From contig CAYYLH010000001.1 of assembly GCA_964472575.1 (NCBI GenBank), positions 1 through 42,638 of the forward strand: a DNA stretch of 42,638 nucleotides, in the 5' to 3' direction. How positions within the stretch are numbered: position 1 is the first letter of the stretch; every line of letters begins with the position of its first letter. A model generated the notes under the pieces. It saw only the letters and a list, made by a program, of their open reading frames with translations. It did not search any database and was not told the origin of the DNA. The translations under genes and the position numbers were made by a program. This document shows positions 42,279 through 42,638 of this stretch, one piece after another. The DNA comes from Candidatus Woesearchaeota archaeon. Lineage in GTDB: Archaea; Nanobdellota; Nanobdellia; Pacearchaeales; GW2011-AR1.

Positions 42279-42638
42279 TTACTTCTTCCTTCTCCTTCCA
42301 CTCCTCTTCCTCTTATAAAATAAATAAACTAAAAATCCAAGAATTACTAAAACTAAAATAATTATAATTATAATAAGGATATTAAAAACAAAACAAGAAA
42401 TCCTAAGATATGCAAAATCTCCACCAAAAAACCAAAAAGAAAAATTAAAGATTCTTGCTAAATAACCTATTAAAGAAATTAAAATAAGAGAACATCCAAC
42501 AACTAGTAATAAATTCCACCAATCAATTCTATCTAAAAAGTCTTTTCTAATTCTTTTTATAATCTTCTTAAGTTTAATCTTACTTATAATCTTCTTAAGT
42601 TTAATCTTACTTATAATCTTCTTAAGTTTAATCTTACT
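42279..42638 (-). CDS. Partial hypothetical membrane protein (5' end outside the window) with 9-aa tandem repeats
   Basis: Open minus-strand frame from the window edge to the stop at 42279-42281 (...YKRKRSGRRRKK*). Hydrophobic segments. The N-terminal visible part is SKIKLKKII x3. Confidence 0.4.
   Translation of the reverse strand, partial: SKIKLKKIISKIKLKKIISKIKLKKIIKRIRKDFLDRIDWWNLLLVVGCSLILISLIGYLARIFNFSFWFFGGDFAYLRISCFVFNILIIIIIILVLVILGFLVYLFYKRKRSGRRRKK
42561..42638. repeat. 27-bp tandem repeat aatcttcttaagtttaatcttacttat, 2 full copies plus 1 truncated by the window end
   Basis: Identical units at 42561-42587, 42588-42614 and 42615-42638. The period is a multiple of 3. Confidence 0.9.

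Overview
This is a visibly AT-rich, very gene-dense archaeal chromosome segment. Archaeal markers include NAC, TBP, MCM, ATP-dependent DNA ligase, aIF1A, aIF2-beta, Cbf5, r-proteins L15e/S19e/L39e/L31e and FtsZ. Small intergenic regions, many lysine-rich tails, an intron-bearing tRNA and nucleotide-salvage-type genes suggest a small-genome, DPANN-like archaeon; this placement is inference only. I call about 58 CDS and 2 tRNAs: tRNA-Ile(GAU), and a tRNA-Asn(GUU) that appears to carry two introns.

The best candidate for a 'system' is the right-hand quarter (31.2-42.0 kb), a type IV filament locus of Epd/Tad-like architecture. It encodes a FlaI/VirB11-type ATPase, a platform protein split into two genes, a KaiC-like ATPase and a membrane-anchored wHTH protein. 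It also encodes one SD-driven major pilin, plus a divergent operon of five proteins with class III (pilin-like) signal peptides. One of these is a ~875-aa protein with a vWA/MIDAS domain interrupted by a Cys-rich insert, plausibly a tip adhesin for cell-cell attachment.

Other items worth follow-up:
- A conserved imperfect palindrome lies upstream of both the DNA ligase and MCM genes, with a compensatory base-pair change between the two copies.
- A ~102-bp tandem repeat carries a hairpin that recurs, with a compensatory change, as the pilin terminator.
- A bipartite intergenic repeat family has at least 7 copies, all in the same orientation.
- The gatC and gatA genes are separated by a eukaryote-type UMPH-1/NT5C3-like nucleotidase gene and followed by a DHH/DHHA1 phosphoesterase gene.
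- The 3' end of the tRNA-Asn is duplicated locally.

All protein calls rest on motifs read from the supplied translations. No database search was run.
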